From Cyanophora paradoxa CCMP329 (lineage: Eukaryota; Plantae; Glaucophyta): DNA of 43,366 nucleotides. Position 1 is the first letter of the stretch. Every line of letters starts with the position of its first letter. Position numbers and translations under genes: made by a program. Below are positions 42,101 to 43,366 of this stretch, in pieces. The stretch covers positions 1 to 43,366 of the forward strand of contig QPMI01000660.1 of the NCBI GenBank assembly GCA_004431415.1, written 5' to 3'. The notes below the pieces were generated by a model. That model was not told the DNA's origin. It was given only the letters and a program-made list of their open reading frames with translations, and did not search any database.

Positions 42101-43366
42101 GTTGGATGATGTGGTAAATTTGCATTGCTTGTAACTGTAAGGTAATCTATTACAGTATCAGGTGAGGTTATTTTTAATCCTCTGTAAATATTCAGAGTCT
42201 GGGTATGAGTGAATCCATATTTTTGTTGAATGTAATACCTCACAGCATTCTTTTCAGAAGTTGTCAAAGCCCTATTGAAAACAATCAACTCGGAAATACC
42301 ACCATTCACAATATTACCAAATCCGAAATGATTGACAGTATTATCTGGTAGATAATTTGTTCCTACAAGTGTTTCAATATCTACTCCATTTAACCCGACT
42401 GTGTAGCTGCTGGAAGTAATTGTTTGGTCAGTGTAATACCATGTATTTATTAAAGAAGGAACCGTAATAACTGGGCGGGTTGGGATGCTCCATTAATAGT
42501 GAACTGGTTCATTCCAATAGCAGTAGAAGATGTTGCCCCATAATAACAATATCGTGATGGAAAGGCGCTTCTGTAAAGTCTCAAGTGAACTTGCATAGAA
42601 GAGGCAGTTGGATGATATTTTCCCACAAAGAAAAATGTAAGCCCATTTGAGAAATCAATAGTTCTTGTAGCAGAGGTATATGCATAAAAAGTGCCTGTTG
42701 GGCTTGAAACACTAACTTGGTTGTTGATTTCGGGATTGGTGTAATAGGAACTGGCTCCGGAGATAAACAAGTCTGGAACAACTGAATTCGGGACTCTGCT
42801 TACTATAGTTGTATACATTGCTGATTGACCTGGTACTCCTGATGCCTTCCAAGCAAAAATGCAGTTCGAGATATTTGATGCTGGATCAAAGCTTGGTGGG
42901 ACATCATACCATTCTTCGTAAACCTGATTCATGGTATTGAAATTGCAAGAGCCAATTGTGAGGATTCCATTTACTTTTAGGTTGCTGGTCTCTATATTGC
43001 TGCTGTAAATATTACTATTAACTGTGAGGTTTCCTGTGATTGTCCACCCACAAGAGGGAGATAATTGGATAGTTCTGCTGCAAGTTCAGCTTCTGTAATA
43101 AATTGATCAAGCATAGCAAGGGTTACAAAATTAACAAGGATTACTGCAGTAAGGTAATCCTCTGTGACCACTCTCGAAATATTTTCGTTGTGTATGTTTT
43201 TTGCAGCCATCCTCTGATTGGCTTCCAGAACCCCACCATAATCTGTTTAATCCATGCAAGCTCTGCCCTCCATAATTATCATTTGCAGTTCCACTATGGG
43301 AATGTAGGAATATTTATCTCTGCTGAATACTATCATTGGTCTTGAGCCATCTAAACTGCTTACATC
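39159..43366 (-). CDS. Giant modular fibre/spike protein with C-terminal peptidase S74 intramolecular chaperone (multiple frameshifts; start off window)
   Basis: LamG-like end ISELIVFNRALTTSEKNAVRYYIQQKYG; HTHTKDQITDFA repeats; YLPLTGGTVTG. S74 motifs RSDIRYKTDI, IEGVSF, LGLIAQDVEKVIPEVV, YLSLEYTGLIPVLIEAVKEL at ~39220-39460. May be more than one gene. Confidence 0.75.
41738..42069 (-). repeat. 36-bp coding tandem repeat x9 (HTHTKDQITDFA)
   Basis: gagtatgggc recurs every 36 bp from 41739 to 42027. Confidence 0.97.

Larger units (their letters stand above)
35285..43366. mobile_element. Second virus-like segment (element 2), apparently nested in element 1; continues off window
   Basis: Lower GC, CpG depletion, ~1.1 kb non-coding repeat-rich end, then minus-strand intronless genes including fibre genes. 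No capsid or replication gene is visible, so the class is unassigned. Confidence 0.65.

Noticed and set aside
27013-43366. Bacterial prophage or contaminant
   Set aside because: Penton, MCP, A32 ATPase, pPolB and rve integrase point to eukaryotic Polinton-like viruses; phage-like fibres and HNH-AP2 also occur in such viruses. A chimeric join cannot be excluded without reads.

Overview
The window has two very different halves. (1) 1-~27010: very GC-rich eukaryotic (protist/algal-like) chromosome. It carries six genes broken by many short (~55-95 nt) introns: a membrane class III adenylyl-cyclase-like gene (-, runs off the left edge), a DUR3 urea transporter, the LSG1 GTPase, a multi-C2HC zinc-finger gene (-), a ferlin, and the 5' part of RtcB. 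Many intron donors are GC with weak context (GCCCGC/GCGCGC), and the introns have G-rich instead of pyrimidine-rich 3' ends. (2) ~27013-end: AT-richer, intronless viral DNA that starts inside RtcB intron 10. First is a Polinton/PLV-like endogenous virus (penton, major capsid, A32 ATPase, HNH-AP2, AT-hook protein, rve integrase, pPolB). Its pPolB is cut off at ~35284 by a 281-bp imperfect palindrome. Beyond this lies a second, CpG-depleted virus-like segment with origin-like repeats, a prokaryote-type SAM decarboxylase, a DUF723-like Zn ribbon, two paralogous genes and a giant modular fibre gene ending in an S74 chaperone. Best candidates for new biology: the nested virus-in-virus-in-intron arrangement; a SAM decarboxylase in a CpG-depleted endogenous element (possible anti-methylation device); the hairpin-like terminus; a possible pPolB-integrase readthrough; and the host's relaxed GC-AG splicing code. 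Exon boundaries and family calls were made by eye, with no database search.
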